DNA of 64,000 nucleotides, from NCBI RefSeq assembly GCF_009914755.1, contig NC_060941.1; one strand, given 5' to 3'. Source of the DNA: the human T2T-CHM13v2.0 reference genome, Homo sapiens. The position numbers and the translations under genes are program-made. Positions 16,274 to 30,099 of this stretch are shown here, piece after piece (within the stretch, counting starts at the first letter, position 1; every line of letters starts with the position of its first letter). Below the pieces are notes generated by a model. The model had not been told where the DNA came from and made no database searches. It saw nothing but the letters and a program-made list of their open reading frames with translations.

Positions 16274-16812
16274 GCCTCAGTAACATCATCGGTATCATCG
16301 TCTACATTTCCAGCAACACAGGTGACCCGAGTGACAAGCGGGACGAAGACAAAAAGAACCATTACAACTACGGCTGGTCTTTTTACTTTGGAGCTCTGTC
16401 TTTCATTGTGGCTGAGACCGTGGGCGTCCTGGCTGTAAACATTTACATTGAGAAAAATAAAGAGTTGAGGTTTAAGACCAAACGGGAATTCCTTAAGGCG
16501 TCTTCCTCTTCTCCTTATGCCAGGATGCCGAGCTACAGGTACCGGCGACGGCGCTCGAGGTCCAGCTCAAGGTCCACCGAGGCCTCGCCCTCCAGGGACG
16601 TGTCGCCCATGGGCCTGAAGATCACAGGGGCCATCCCCATGGGGGAGCTGTCCATGTACACGCTGTCCAGGGAGCCCCTCAAGGTGACCACCGCAGCCAG
16701 CTACAGCCCCGACCAGGAGGCCAGCTTCCTGCAGGTGCATGACTTTTTCCAGCAGGACCTGAAGGAAGGTTTCCACGTCAGCATGCTGAACCGACGGACG
16801 ACCCCTGTGTGA
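16274..16812 (+). CDS. CACNG4: CACNG4 coding exon 4 (terminal), ends at TGA
   Basis: tttcag|GC acceptor. Encodes [12 protein letters not shown]...[25 protein letters not shown] (TM4), the [11 protein letters not shown] stretch and the C-terminal PDZ ligand RRTTPV typical of type I TARPs. Confidence 0.98.
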
Positions 16813-19212
16813 GCCGCCTGCCCTTTCTCTCCGCTCCAGCCTCTCCCCAGAACGGCTCTTTTTGTCACACAGGATGGCATGTGATCCTCAAGACGACGAA
16901 CAATGAACTAAAGCCAAATGCAGCCCTCCCTGGCCTCCAGAGGTGGCGTGGGCTGGCTTTGCACGAAGGTTGTGCTGGGAGACCGGACCCGGGGCTGCAG
17001 AAGAAGCTGAAGGCTGACTTTGTCCCCTCCCCGAAAAAGGGTGTTTTGATGCCTCAGGGTCTCTGAAATCTCCCGGGAAGCCCCAGAGCTTTCCTGAGGC
17101 TGCCTGGCCTTGATCAACTTGGGAAGACAAAATTGAGCCATTATCTCCTCTTGGAAACGAATCTTGCCAGAAAAACGGGATTTCAGGGCCTTCCCTCCCT
17201 GCCTGGGTGTCGGGCCACCAGAAGGCTCTGCCGGACGCCAAGAAGACGGTCTCTGGGCTCTTGTCAGCTGCTTTTGAACCTGAGGTTCCTGCGTCGTTGA
17301 GCCAGAAATCAGACCACCGAAGCTCACTCCCTTCCTCTCCATCTCTCCCTCTCTCCAAGACTCTGGCAGTGGCCTATGATCCTGAAGACAGCTCTGCAGC
17401 CAACTGGTGCTTTGGCCTTTGCGCTGTCCCGCGGCCAGCTTCCCTCGACCTGGGGAGGCCGTGGCCTGTGGAGGAGGCCCAGGTAAAGGCTGGGGGCTGT
17501 TGCTGGCTATCCTCTTTGCTTCTGGAAGTTTCTGCCTCACTCAGAATGGGCAGGACAGACCCACTGACTGGACTTCAGAGTCTGGAGGGTTCCATCGGTC
17601 AGGGGAATGGCGGCCACGTGACCTCTTGCCGTGCCCCTTGTCATAGACCCAAGGAGCAACTCTGTCCCCTGAGCGTTGGGGGTCCCGGGGGAGAGGTGGA
17701 CAGACACCTCCCTCCAACTGGCATTTGGCAACAGGAGCCTGGACTTCTGTGCAAGAAAGGGAGACCTAAGGGTGAACAGTGGCCAATAAAAACCCTAGAG
17801 AACAAACATCCATTTCCTAGGTGGTTACAAATCATAACTTCCTGCAAATCAACGCCAGGAGAGCAACTTACCTTCATTTCTTTGTCTTAAAAAGTAGCAG
17901 CAACTGGCCCCACAACTCCTGTCATTGTAAGTTATTCTGCCACCACCTAACAGGACGGAGTGGAGTGAGTTTGGATAAACGGACCGAGCTGGGCTTCTCT
18001 TCCTCCCTACAGAGGGGAGATCTCAGCACTTTGTCCGGAGCTGAGGAAGTGGTTTCTGTGTTTTACAGTTTTTCCAGCCATTCTTTTCTTCCCCCTCCTG
18101 AAGCAAGCAAAGAGCGTGGAGGCGTGTGCAGGCTTGGAAGAAGAACTCTCCAGAACATGGAACTTAACCCTCTTTTGTATAAAACATGTGCTTTCTAAAG
18201 AAAAATTGTTTCTTATTTTTTGAGACTCCTTGATCCACCCTGGAACAGTCGCCTGTAGTCCTGGTAGCTGTTGTGCTTGGAAATAACGAGCGCATCCTTG
18301 CCTCAGCTACCTGCTCACAGCCCATGGGTGGACTCGGCCCCCTGGGGTTCAGACCCAGGTCCGTTCGGCCTAGTGATGATGTCATCGTCCATCCCATCTT
18401 CCTTTGCCCCCAGGAAAGGACGCATCCACCGGTAGCGGCCCCAGCTGACTGTCGCCGTGTGCTGGGGATCTGAAATGAGGCCTGCCAGGGCCCCTGTGTG
18501 CTGTGCTCCAGAGCCTTCGCTCCCATCAGGGTTGGCATCATCTGATGGCATGTCCAAGTGTGCCCAGCAGCGGATGCTGAAGCACCAGAGCTCAAGGCCT
18601 TCACCTGCTCTAGGCCAGCCCTGTCACCACCTCCACTGCCATGACCAGGCCGAAGGCAGGGAACGCCCTCCCCAGTCCCGCTGTCCAGCAAGGCCCCGAG
18701 ACTTTTCTTCTGTGATTTCCAAAAGCAAGGCAGCCGTGCTGTTCTAGTTCCTCTCCATCCGCCACCTCCCCTCCCGCTGCCCCAGAAGTTTCTATCATTC
18801 CATGGAGAAAGCTGTGTTCCAATGAATCCTACCTCTTGCCCAGTCCCAGGCAGAGTAAGCAGGGCCCACCTAGGGACCAAGAAAGAGTAGGAAGAAGGGG
18901 ACGAGCCGGGAGCAAAACCACCTCAGACACCCGGGCCTTCTCAGCCTTCTCCCCGCGGCCAGCTGGGTCTCCGGGGACCCTGGGCCCTGGGCCGCCCATT
19001 CCTGGCCCTCCCGCTGCATCTCAGACCTGACACCCAACGGGGGGATGTGGTGGCCTGTGCCCACCTTCTCTCCCTCCTCCCGACCCGCCCCCTCGCCCCC
19101 ACCCCTGTGTGTTTCGCCAGTTAAGCACCTGTGACTCCAGTACCTACTACTGGTTTTGGGTTGGTTGTTCTGTCTTTTTTTTAATTAAATAAAAACATTT
19201 TTAAAATGTTCT
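16813..19212 (+). other. CACNG4: CACNG4 3'UTR (~2.4 kb)
   Basis: Repeat-free sequence from the stop codon to a U-rich tract and AATAAA at 19188; 3' end approximate. Confidence 0.8.
19184..19193 (+). terminator. CACNG4 polyadenylation signal (overlapping ATTAAA/AATAAA)
   Basis: ATTAAATAAA preceded by a U/GU-rich tract and followed by TGTTCTCTTCTTGATGTG. Confidence 0.85.
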
Positions 19213-20629
19213 CTTCTTGATGTGGGGAGGCAGGGGAAGAGCCCCCCATTAGTCTTTGTGGGCAGTTAGGGTAAATAGATGTCCCTGGGTCTGGGGTACA
19301 CTGTGCCCCTCCCCCGCAACCCCCCGCCGCCAGAAAAGAAGAAGGAGGCCCAGGGGGCAGGGAGGCCAGGCTCTGGCCAAGGCCGGGTTTTCTGGCTTTT
19401 ATCTGGGTCACTGGCCACCTCCCCAGTACCAACGGCTGGTTTCAAACTTCTGGGTGGTGTCATTGAGGTGGCTTTTCACCAATGAGCCAGAAGATACACA
19501 GGCTCTTCTGGGTGGGGTGTGGGCCCCTGGGCAGCCAAGAGAGCAAGGCCTGTCCTCCCGCAGGGTGGAGGCCGGCCGGAGCCACAGCCGCCAAGGCCCT
19601 AAAGTTGCCCTCACCCAAGGACACTGCGTCCTCCCTGGTGAAAGCTGCCCGTTCTGTAGAGGTTCTCTGCCCAGGTTCCCAATATAGCACTCCCGGCAGC
19701 CCAGCCCCAGACTCAGTCCCAAGAGATACACAGATGGGAAGGGAGAAAGGATCTGAGGGACCTTAGACTCCAGGGACTGGCCGGGGCAGACACACCTGAG
19801 ACAGGTATTTTTTAACTTGCAGCTTGCAACAAAACAGCTGGTGCAATCTCAGGAATAGAAGTCAACGATAACAGATGGTTATGAACTCATGTCCTTGCAC
19901 TTGGAATTGCAGTCAAGGAGAGTTGGTGGTGGCGGTTGGGGGGATGCTGACACCTGCAAACCATCACTCCTCCACCCTCCTGGGGCAAAGTTTTCTCCTC
20001 TGAGGGTCTAAGTTGGCCATCCTGAGCCCTTTCTCAACCCCATCATCTCCCCAGCTCCTTCCTGGCCTCTCCCTGACTTTCATCAAAGACTTCACTTTGG
20101 CTAAAGCCTTCCTCTGTACCCCAAATACTGCCGCCATCACAACACATCGATGTCCATGGGGCCAACCACTCTGACTTCCTGACCACACAGTTCTCTGGTC
20201 TTCTCACCTCCATTGACTTTTATCTCCAACCTTGACCTTGTCATCACCCCTAACTGTCCCAGTGTAATCTTCAGGGCCATCATTCTCCTCTCTGACCACA
20301 GTCTCCAATGCTCCCGATTCCTCCATGCCCTCTCCACCGTGACACCCATTCTTCAACCTCATCAAGCCTCCAGGTCTTGACTCCTCCATTTTCTCCCAAT
20401 CTATCAATGCTTCCTGGTTTCAGGGCCATCCTAACCAGTCCAGACCATGGTGAGGCATCATTTAACCTCGCCTTTGCCAACACCTCAGTTCCCTTGGGCT
20501 CTCTTCTAGTATTTGTCTCCTAGAAGATCCCCAACCCTCTTCCAATCTCACCTCTCAAATTTTCTCCATCTCTGCACCTGAGCCTCAGGGTAACACTAGA
20601 GAAAATCAAGTGATTTGTAAATTGGTGCC

Positions 20630-21111
20630 TGTGGGAGGCAGAATGGTTGTCCCCTGAGATGTCCACATCCTAATCCCTGGAACCTGTGAATATGTGGCCT
20701 TACATGACAAAAAGGACTTTGAGAGTGTGATTAAATTAAGAATCTTCAGATGCTCGGATTATCCTGGATTATCTGGGTGGCCCCAGACAGAAGGACAAAG
20801 GTCCCTCTAAGGGAAAGAGGGAGGCAGGAGTGTTGGAGGAGGGCTCTGACAGAGCAGCAGAGGTCAGAGTTCTGGGACTGCTGGCTTCAAAGAAGGAAGG
20901 GGCCACAAGCTGAGGACCACTGGCAGCCTCTAGAGGGTGAGAAATCTGAGGGGTCTCCCCTGGAGCTTCCAGAAGAAACACAGCCCTGCCAACACTTTCA
21001 TTTTTAGTTCAGTAGGACTTAAAACCTCCAGAACTGATATGATAATAAATTTGTATTGTTTAAGCCACTAAGTTTGAGGTAATTTGTTCCAAAAGCAAGA
21101 GCCAATGAACA
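20630..21111 (+). mobile_element. MLT1 (MaLR) solo LTR
   Basis: tgtgg...gtccacatcctaatccctggaacctgtgaatatg ... ataataaatttgtattgtttaagccactaagttt ... aca. Confidence 0.85.
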
Positions 21112-21175
21112 CAATCCCATGTGTATGCACGGGGCTGGTACTATGCTGCACCCCAGCTATCATCCTCAATGCCCT

Positions 21176-21536
21176 TGATATGGTTTGGCTGTGTCCCCAC
21201 TCAAATGTCATCTTGAATTGTAGCTCCCATAATTCCCATGTGTCGTGGGAGGGACCAGGTGGAGATAATTGAATCATGGGGGCAGTTTCTCCCATACTGT
21301 TCTCCTGGTAGTGAATAAGTCTCATGAGATCTGATGGTTTTATACATGGGAGTTCCCCTGCACAAGTTCTCTTGCCTGCCACCACGTAAGACGTCCCTTT
21401 TCTCTTCCTTGTCTTCCACCATGATTGTGAGGCTGCCCCAGCCGTGTGGAACTGTGAGTCCATTAAATCTCTTTCCTTTATAAATTACCCAGTCTCAGGT
21501 ATGTCTTTATTAGCAGCATAAGAGCAGACTAAAACA
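21176..21536 (+). mobile_element. THE1 (MaLR) solo LTR
   Basis: TGATATGGTTTGGCTGTGTCCCC...AGACTAAAACA; 5-bp TSD GCCCT on both sides. Confidence 0.92.
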
Positions 21537-21868
21537 GCCCTGTCAGTGGGCACCCCAATACTCACAACAGCTATTTCAGACTCTCACTACCTCCACGAAA
21601 CCCTCCACACATCATTTCCATCTCCTATTCTCAGACATTGGCCCCACTTCTGAGGTCACCAAGAAAACAGAAGCCTTTAGATGGCAATCCCCTCACCTCC
21701 CCACCGCTCCACCACCTATAGACTGGTTTCCCTCATGACTCATCTCTTGCTCGGTCCTTTCCATCCCAGTGGGGGAGGTCACCTCCCTCTTTCTGTCCAT
21801 CGCCAGCCCTTTCATTTGAGGTCTGGTCATTCCCATCTCCTCCCCTAGAATCTTGCATTTCTGTCTTA

Positions 21869-22279
<411 letters not shown>

Positions 22280-22688
22280 TCACCTCCCATTTCACTCCTC
22301 AATTTACTGCAGTCTGCCTTGATTTTTTACCTGCCAGTTGTCAAAACCAATGGACATGTTTCAATCCTGACCTCTGTAGTGCCAGAACTTATCAGCCACT
22401 CTTGCCTTCTAGGGATGTCCTCTGCTTCTGACCTCTAAGACCCTACCCTCTTGGTTTCCTCTATTTCTCTGCCTTCTCCTTCTCTTCTCCTTTGCTGGCT
22501 TGGTTTCCATTCTGTATCCTTATATCTTAGGCCACAGAACTCCCGGATTCCACTCTTGGAGCTCCTCTCCTCTTCACCTCATCACATCCCTTGAGTAACC
22601 TCATTCCCTCTCACTATTACAACTACCACCAAGTCCATATGTCTAACTCAGATCCTTCCCCAAGCTCCAGATCTCCTCCTGGTGTGTC

Positions 22689-23138
22689 TGTGGTAGACTG
22701 CCCTTGTCTCCCAAAATCTGTTCTCCCCTCTTCCATGGTAATAGAGAGCTTTAGCTTGCTAAATGGCCACCCAGCTAATCTCCGGGGCCCTTGGAGATGG
22801 TCAGAGGTATAAGTTCTCAACAATTTAAGTGTTTTGTGCAACCAGTGTGTCCACTGCTTATAAGGAAATTGTTTGGTTTGAACTCCCACTCTTTCCCCCT
22901 TCTTGTGGTCTGGAGCTGCCATGTCAGTGACCCTGGCCTTGCACACAAGGACGATACCCCAGAGCATGGTGGAGCAACAAGACAGAAAGCAGCCATGTTC
23001 CGTTAATGACTGGATGGAGACAATTACCCTGCCAGCCACACTGCTTGAAAGAGAGGAATGCCATGCTTCTGCCCGGTTAAGCCACTGCCTTTGGGGGTCT
23101 CACTGTGATAGAAGCATGGCTTGTATCTAATGAATACA
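22689..23138 (+). mobile_element. Old MLT1-type LTR within degenerate L2-like sequence
   Basis: tgtggtagac start; ttaagccactg...ctaatgaataca end. Confidence 0.55.
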
Positions 23139-23417
23139 GTACCTGAGCCTGAACCCATCTCCTGAACACTCAGTCTTTTCTCCTCCAGCTCATCTCGTCT
23201 GTCAGTAGCGTCACTGTCCACCCAGGCCTCTGAGTCTGAAATCCCAACTCCTTCCTTCCATGTTTAGTCTCTCACCAAATCCCTTTGGGTCTCCCACCTG
23301 TGGGTCCTCCCAGTAGACCCCTTCCTGCTTTGGTTCCTACTGCCATCTCTATCTTCATTCAGGCTTTTGTTATTTCCATCTCAACCCCTTCTATTGCCTG
23401 CATTGCTGCTGGTCCAG

Positions 23418-23816
23418 AGTATTAGTCCATTTTCACACTGCTATAAAGATACTACCTGAGACGGGGTAATTTATAAAGGAAAGAGGTTTAATTGACTCAC
23501 AATTCCACATGGCTGGGAAGGCCTCAGGAAACTTACAGTCATGGCAGAAGGCAAAGGAGAAGCAAGTACTCTCTTCACAAGGCAGCAGGAAAGAGAGAGA
23601 GAGGAGGAGGAAGCGCCAGACACTTATCAAACAACCAGATCCCATGAGAACTTCCTCACTATCACGAGAACAGCATGAGGGAAAACCATGATCCAATCAC
23701 CTCCCACCATGTGAGGATTACATGTGGGGATTACAATTTGGATTAACATATGGGGATTACAATTTGGATTACAATTCAAGATGAGATTTGGGTGGGGACT
23801 CAGTCAAATCATATCA
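23418..23816 (-). mobile_element. MSTA/THE1 (MaLR) solo LTR
   Basis: gtattagtccattttcacactgctataaag...gatttgggtggggac..aaatcatatca; TSD TCCAG at 23413-23417 and 23817-23821. Confidence 0.9.
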
Positions 23817-23867
23817 TCCAGGTAGTTGTAGACATATCAATGCTCTGTTTAAAACCCCTCTGCACGC

Positions 23868-24179
23868 TGGTCACCGTGGCTCACGCTGTAATCCCAGCAC
23901 TTTGGCAGGCCGAGGTGGGTGGATTGCTCAAGGCCAGGAGTTTGAGACCAGCCTGGCCAACATGGCAAAACCCCATCTCTACCAAAAAAAAAAAACAAAA
24001 ATTAGCTGGGCATGGTGGCAGGCACCCGTAGTCCTGGCTGAGATGGGAGAATTGCTTGAACTTGGGAGGCAGAGGTTGCAGTGAGTCAAGATCGCCTCCT
24101 GCACTTCAGACTGGGTGACAGAGTGAAACCCTGTCTCAAAAAACAAAAACAACAACAAAAACAAAACAAAACAAAAAAA
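23868..24179 (+). mobile_element. Alu SINE (J/S)
   Basis: Diverged Alu with CAAAA tail. Confidence 0.92.
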
Positions 24180-24479
24180 CCCATTCTGCAGCTCCAGATA
24201 CTCTTAGACAAAAGTACACTATTTTCTGACATGGTTTGTTGGGCTCTGCAAGGTCTGATCCCTACCCATCTCTCCAGCCCTGTCTCTCTGTCCCCCCTCT
24301 TGCCTCCCTTCACCTGCCCAGACCTAACCACTTATGCAGGTTAGAGTCTGGACCTCTCCTCCCCACAACCTCCACACCTGCTCTTTCCCTGCCAGCTGGT
24401 CCTTCCTTCCTCCGTCCTTACCCCACTCAGCCTCCATTTCACCCATGAGGTCTCCTGACTACCCCCTCCAGTGTCACTG

Positions 24480-25084
24480 TCCCTACCCTAGTGGGCCAGG
24501 GGTCCCCAAGGCTGCCCTCAAGTGGTCTTAATGATTCACTAGGAGGACTCACAGAACTCAGAAAAGCTGTTATACTCATGGTTACAGTTTACTGCAGAAA
24601 GAATCCAGATTAAAATCAGCACAAGAAAGGGGTGCAGAGGGCAGAGTTCAAGAGAGACCAGGCGTGAGCGTTCAGTCGTCTCCCCCAAGGGAGTGGAACA
24701 GACTTCATTCTCCCAGCAGTGCTGTGTGACAACATGCACAAAGTATCGCCAGCCAGGGAAGCTCATCTGAGGTGAGACTTGGTGTTCAGGTTTTTTATTG
24801 AGGGGCGGTGCCTATGTGACTGACCTTAGCTACTCAGTATTCAGTCCCCCATCCCAGAGGTCAAACTATCTGAGGTGGTCCAGGGCCCTTACCATCAATC
24901 ACATTGCTAGCCTAAACTATCTGGTGTGGTCCAAGACTCCAGCTAGGTGAAAATACTCTTATCAGGTAGAGTATTCCAAGGGCATAGAGGTTATCTCCCA
25001 GGAGCCAGTTAAGGGCCAGTTCTTTCTTTGGAATGTGTAGGGTTTGGACAACCCAGGCCTGCTGAGTTAACCCTTCACTGAACA
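24480..25084 (-). mobile_element. MER21-group LTR (MER77/MER68-like)
   Basis: Minus strand starts TGTTCAGTGAAGGGTTAACTCAGCAGGCCTG; internal ggactcacagaactcag..gctgttatactcatggtta motif. Confidence 0.7.
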
Positions 25085-25959
25085 CCAATGTTCCCAGCAT
25101 GCCCTCTGCTATCCATCAGAGCAGACTCATGTTAGTTGATGCCTGACTCTCCCACCAGACTGTGGGCTCCTAGAGGGCAGACTCAATGTCTTATTCACAT
25201 TCTAATAGCCCTACAGTGATGAGTAAGTGTTTAATGAATGAATGAATGACAACAACAGTCACAAAATAATATTTCCCTAGCTCCATCACTACCCATTCTG
25301 CAGGAACCACTGTCATCATCAGATTTCTCCAGAAGCATTCCCAGAGTGAGAGCAGTGAGGCGGACAGTCAATGGGGATTTGCATGTTCTCATCAAACTTC
25401 TATTCTCTTGGCTAGAAAATCATCATCATTATCTTTTGACTCTGACCTGCTCAATAAGATGTTTCCTGCTGCTGCCCAAGCCATGGGCACCAACACTGCA
25501 GGTGCCCAGCCCTCTCAGAGTCCCATGAAGCTTCTTGTGAAGTAACATACATCACAGTCTTCATGTGCGTGTTACATGTGCACACATGCATTACCGCATT
25601 TAATTCTCGCTATAACCCTACAAGGTAGTTATGATCCTCCCTTCTTTGTGAGCAAGAAACAGGCTCAGAAAGGTGACCCATCTCTCACAAGGCACACACA
25701 CAGTCAACAGCAAAGCTGGGGCTCCAGGCTATGACTGTCACTTCCAGAAAGGATATGCGCTTTCCCTAACAGCTGCGTGCTCCACACAGCAGCCACCCCG
25801 GGACACTGGCATGATGCTTACCACATCCTAGGCACCACCTGTACAATTACTTGCTTCATCTTTTTCTTTAAATTGTCACTTTTAATTTGACCTTGGCCTA
25901 AAGAAATTATATTAATAATATAACTCAGATCCTCATGAAAAGAAATATGAAAATCTTTA

Positions 25960-26268
<309 letters not shown>

Positions 26269-26889
26269 TCACGGGCTGCCTGCTCTCCTCCTGCAGGGGT
26301 GTACAGGGCGCACTTTGAGAACCCCAGCTGCGGGCTCAAGTCTCCCGAGGGGCCCATGTCCTGCCTGGAGCTCCTATTCTCCACACCTCTCCACGTAGGC
26401 TGAGTTCTGTCCCAGGAGACCCCACAGCCCCTCCCAGTATGATCTCAGCTGCCCTAACAGTTTGTGGACTCCTCAAGGGGAGGGAGTGGGTCTTCTGCTT
26501 GGCAGGACAGAAATCCCAGCGTGGGCCTTATTGTGCCCCAACTTAACTATGGCCCAAGCCCTGGCTGGCCTGTATGTTCTGGAGTCCTCAGGAGGGTCCT
26601 GGATCAATGGGGAGGGAAATGGCCACCGTGGCAGGGCAGCCAGAAAAAGCTGCCAGAAGTGGAGGCTAGCAGAGGGGGGTTGCGAAACAAAGGGAGTTGG
26701 ACTGGTGCAGATAGGATAAAAACATCTCAGGGGTACAAGTAAGCATCAACATCTGGAGAACAGAACAGGAAAGAGCCCCCCAAATTTCCCACAACACTGT
26801 GAGTACCAGGCATCCAGGGCGATTGATTTCTTACCATTACGTCCTTCGCTGAATCAAGTACTCAGTACTCTATTAAATGCATGACGGCC

Positions 26890-27410
26890 ACTCTCTGGTC
26901 TCCTCTTATGAGAACACTGCTACAGTTGGGCTCTGTGTCCCCATCCAAATCTCACCTTGAATTGTAATAATTCTGTGTCATGGGAAGGACCCAGTAGGAG
27001 GTAATTGAATCATGAGGGTGAGTCTTTCCTCTGCTATTCTCACGATAGTGAATAAATCTCACAAGATCTGATGGTTTTATAAAGGGCAGTTCCCTGCACG
27101 TGCTCTCTTGCCTAACGCCATGTAAGACGTGCCTTTGCTCCTTCTTCACCTTCCGCCATGATTGTGAGGCCTCCCCAGCCATGTGGAACTGTGAGTCCAT
27201 TCAACCTCTTTCCTTTATAAATTACCAGTCTTGGGCATGTCTTTATTAGCAGTGTGAGAACAGACTAATACAGACACTGCTCCCATCACAAGGGCCCCAC
27301 TTCCATGAGCTCATTTCATTATCTCCCAAAGATCCCACCTCTACACACCATCACACTGGGGGTTAGGCTTCAACATATGAACTTGGGGGAAACATGATTC
27401 AGCCCATAGC
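26890..27410. mobile_element. THE1/MST LTR (26918-27272, +) nested in an older MLT1/MST fragment (-)
   Basis: Inner LTR tgctac..tgtgtccccatccaaatctc...agactaataca flanked by (a/g)acac. Outer element resumes with cccatc...gggggttaggcttcaacatatgaa. Confidence 0.8.
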
Positions 27411-28864
27411 GCCTACTATGGCTAAGCTGGTCCAACGCACTCCCTCCAGCCCTTCCACCTGCTCCGCAGCCAGGCCCGTTGCCTTCATTTTACAAGAGGC
27501 AGCTTAGAAAGGCTAATGACTTACTGGAACGTGCACAGCTGGAGCCAAGCAGTGCAGGGATTTGCTCGGGGCTGGCCAGCTCCATCACCCTCTAGCTTGG
27601 TCCCCCTCTCGCATGCTGCCTCCCTGAGATGCTCCTCTCCCTGTTGCCCTGGAAAGGGTGAGATCTTGGGGGAGGACATGGATGTTGCCCTGCCCAACTT
27701 TCAGCAAATGCCTGTGGCTACTGAAGTCCCTTCCTGGCCCTTCCAGGCCCCTGGGGAACCAGGCAGGCAGCGCGGCAGCACCTCTGTGAGCAGAAAAGGT
27801 GTATTTGAGGGAGCTTTCAGTAAACAGGGAAGAGAAAGTGGACCTGCCCGCAGTAGCTGCAGCTGCGGGTCTCCTGGTGCGACTTACACAAAGATGACTT
27901 CAAAAGGCAGAGGCCATCAATCTTTAATGCTTTCACTGCACTGGGGCGGAGGACTCTGGACCCCTGCATGGGGCACAAACCTGCCCCCCATGGAGGGAAA
28001 GAGCAGCAGAAGTTCCTGGTTGCTGTCCTCACCAAGGCCTGGCATCTTTGAAGGGCCTGCAATGTCATCATGGCTGGCGCTGGGTGCACCCTCTGGGCTG
28101 GGCCCTTTCAGGGTGCTTTCCAAGGCCGTCAGAGGCTCTTGGCACCGAAGAGCTTAGGGCATCCACCCCCACCACACCAGGAAATTCAAAAGACACTTTC
28201 ATTTTTCCAATGACACTGTATTTACTTGTAATGCTAAAATTAAATAGCTTCTTTCTAGATTTTCTGTCTTAAAACACTGGAACCCTCTTCTGGCTCCCCA
28301 GCTACTGCTTTGCTGGGTGCCTGGCACTCAGTAGGTCTAATCAAGCTGTACAGCACCTCCTGAGATCCCCAGGTGCCAGGATCCTGAAGCTGGGCCCCCA
28401 CAAACAACAAGAGAGGGCTCAGAGGCTGCAGCCATGTCCCAGCTTCTGGGAATTCCCCATGGAGATGGTCTACCCACCTGGTGACAGGCAGTTTCTCCAC
28501 GAGCTGAAGCAGGGGCGGTGGCATATGTCAACAGTCAGTCAGTGATCAGTCAGTTGTGATGGATTAGCACCCACAGGGAACACAGAGGTGGGGGGACAGG
28601 GAGGAAGGGAAGCAGAGATGAGAACAGTGGGGAGATAAGCTCTCAGGAGATTGTAATATGTATGAGAGACTGATTTTAAAAATATGGAAGTTTGGATGGA
28701 ACTGCAATAAGCACAAGCCAGTGGCTGGAGATGCGAGGGTTCAGCTCAGCCCTGGGGCTGTTCACCAGGTAGTCCTGGCTCCTCACATCTCCTCTCTGGG
28801 CTGCAGATTCCTAATCTGTCACAATAGATCATGAAGTTTCTTCCCAGTTCCAACCATTCGTTAT

Positions 28865-29085
28865 GACTTTGGGCTCTGGGTCCTGAAACCTGGATTCCTC
28901 ATTTTCTCGCTGTGTGACCTTGGACAAGTGACTTCATGTCTCTGAGCTTCCATGTCCTTGTCTGTGAAATGGCAGTAACCGTTGTAGTCCCCTTGTGGAT
29001 TGGTGTGAAGAGTAACTGTGACAATGGATGAAGGCTTAGCAGGGTACCTGGTAGATAGTAAGCACTCACTGAAGATGAGCCACTG
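28865..29085. mobile_element. MIR SINE
   Basis: gctgtgtgaccttggacaagtgactt...tctgtgaaatgg core; other MIR fragments at ~9780-10230 and ~25560-25760. Confidence 0.7.
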
Positions 29086-30099
29086 TTCTGATTATCATCA
29101 TCATGAACTTTCTGTGATTCTAAGGCTGGAGGCCGAAACATTTCTGTCCACATGGGCAGAGTCTCTGTAAATCGTGTCAATCTGAGGCCAGGATTTTGAA
29201 GCTCAAGGCCCCACCCAGCTCAGGAGGCTATTCCTGGTCATGCGTCAGCCTCTCGGCTACACCCAAAAAGGGCCACCCTGTGAGCCGAGAAGGAAGAGAT
29301 GACACAACCCAGGAGAGATGTAGAGGCTGGAGCCTCGGAGACCAGCCTGGGGGCCAGGCGGGTGCACAGGACCGTCGGAGGGTGGTCGATCCCGGGCTTT
29401 CTGTGTTCTCTGCACGCCCATGAGCTCCTAATGATCCCCTATAAATCAACCTATTCATTCTTTTTTACTCACACACTTATTTTTCAAATTCAAACATAAC
29501 TGGAAAGTCGTTATCACCTGCTGTTAATAGAAGGCAAAACCAAACACAGTGCCCTGAAAAACAGAATGACCAAGTCCAGCAGGATTCCTCGTCCTCTTCG
29601 GGCCGTTCTCGCTTTGTTTCAAAGGACACTTTACAGGCAATAATGACACTGACCTCGAACAGAGCTTTGCTCTGGACCCAGTTTTGGGGATGGAAAGAGA
29701 ATTGAAAAGGAAGTAATGTTCTCGTGGAGGGATCAGAGTTGGGTAAGGCCAGACCTGGGAACCACCTAAAACCTTCCTATGGTTTGGGGGATGCCGTGGG
29801 GTTTGTGGCTAAAACGCTTGCCTAAGAGGTGGACTCCACAGGCCCTGGACTGGGTTCCCGGGATGTCATTAGACAGAATCCTAGCCCCTCAGATCCCAGG
29901 ATGAGAACCTACTCACTGCCCTGCCGGTAACAGGCTTACCCCGTGGGAGCCCGGGACAGCCGTGCAGCCCGCAGCTCCTGGTCTCCTCCCCTGGCCTGGG
30001 CTGCCCTTTCCCATCAGCCCAGAGCAGGCAGATCCCCACCCCCGGGGCCCTGCTGCCCACCTCTCGCCCTCTCCCAACTCAGGCACCCTGAGCTGCTAC

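Noticed and set aside
16888-18880. 156-238 aa ORFs over the CACNG4 3'UTR on both strands
   Set aside because: No recognisable domain, several start at non-ATG codons, and GC-rich sequence has few stops.
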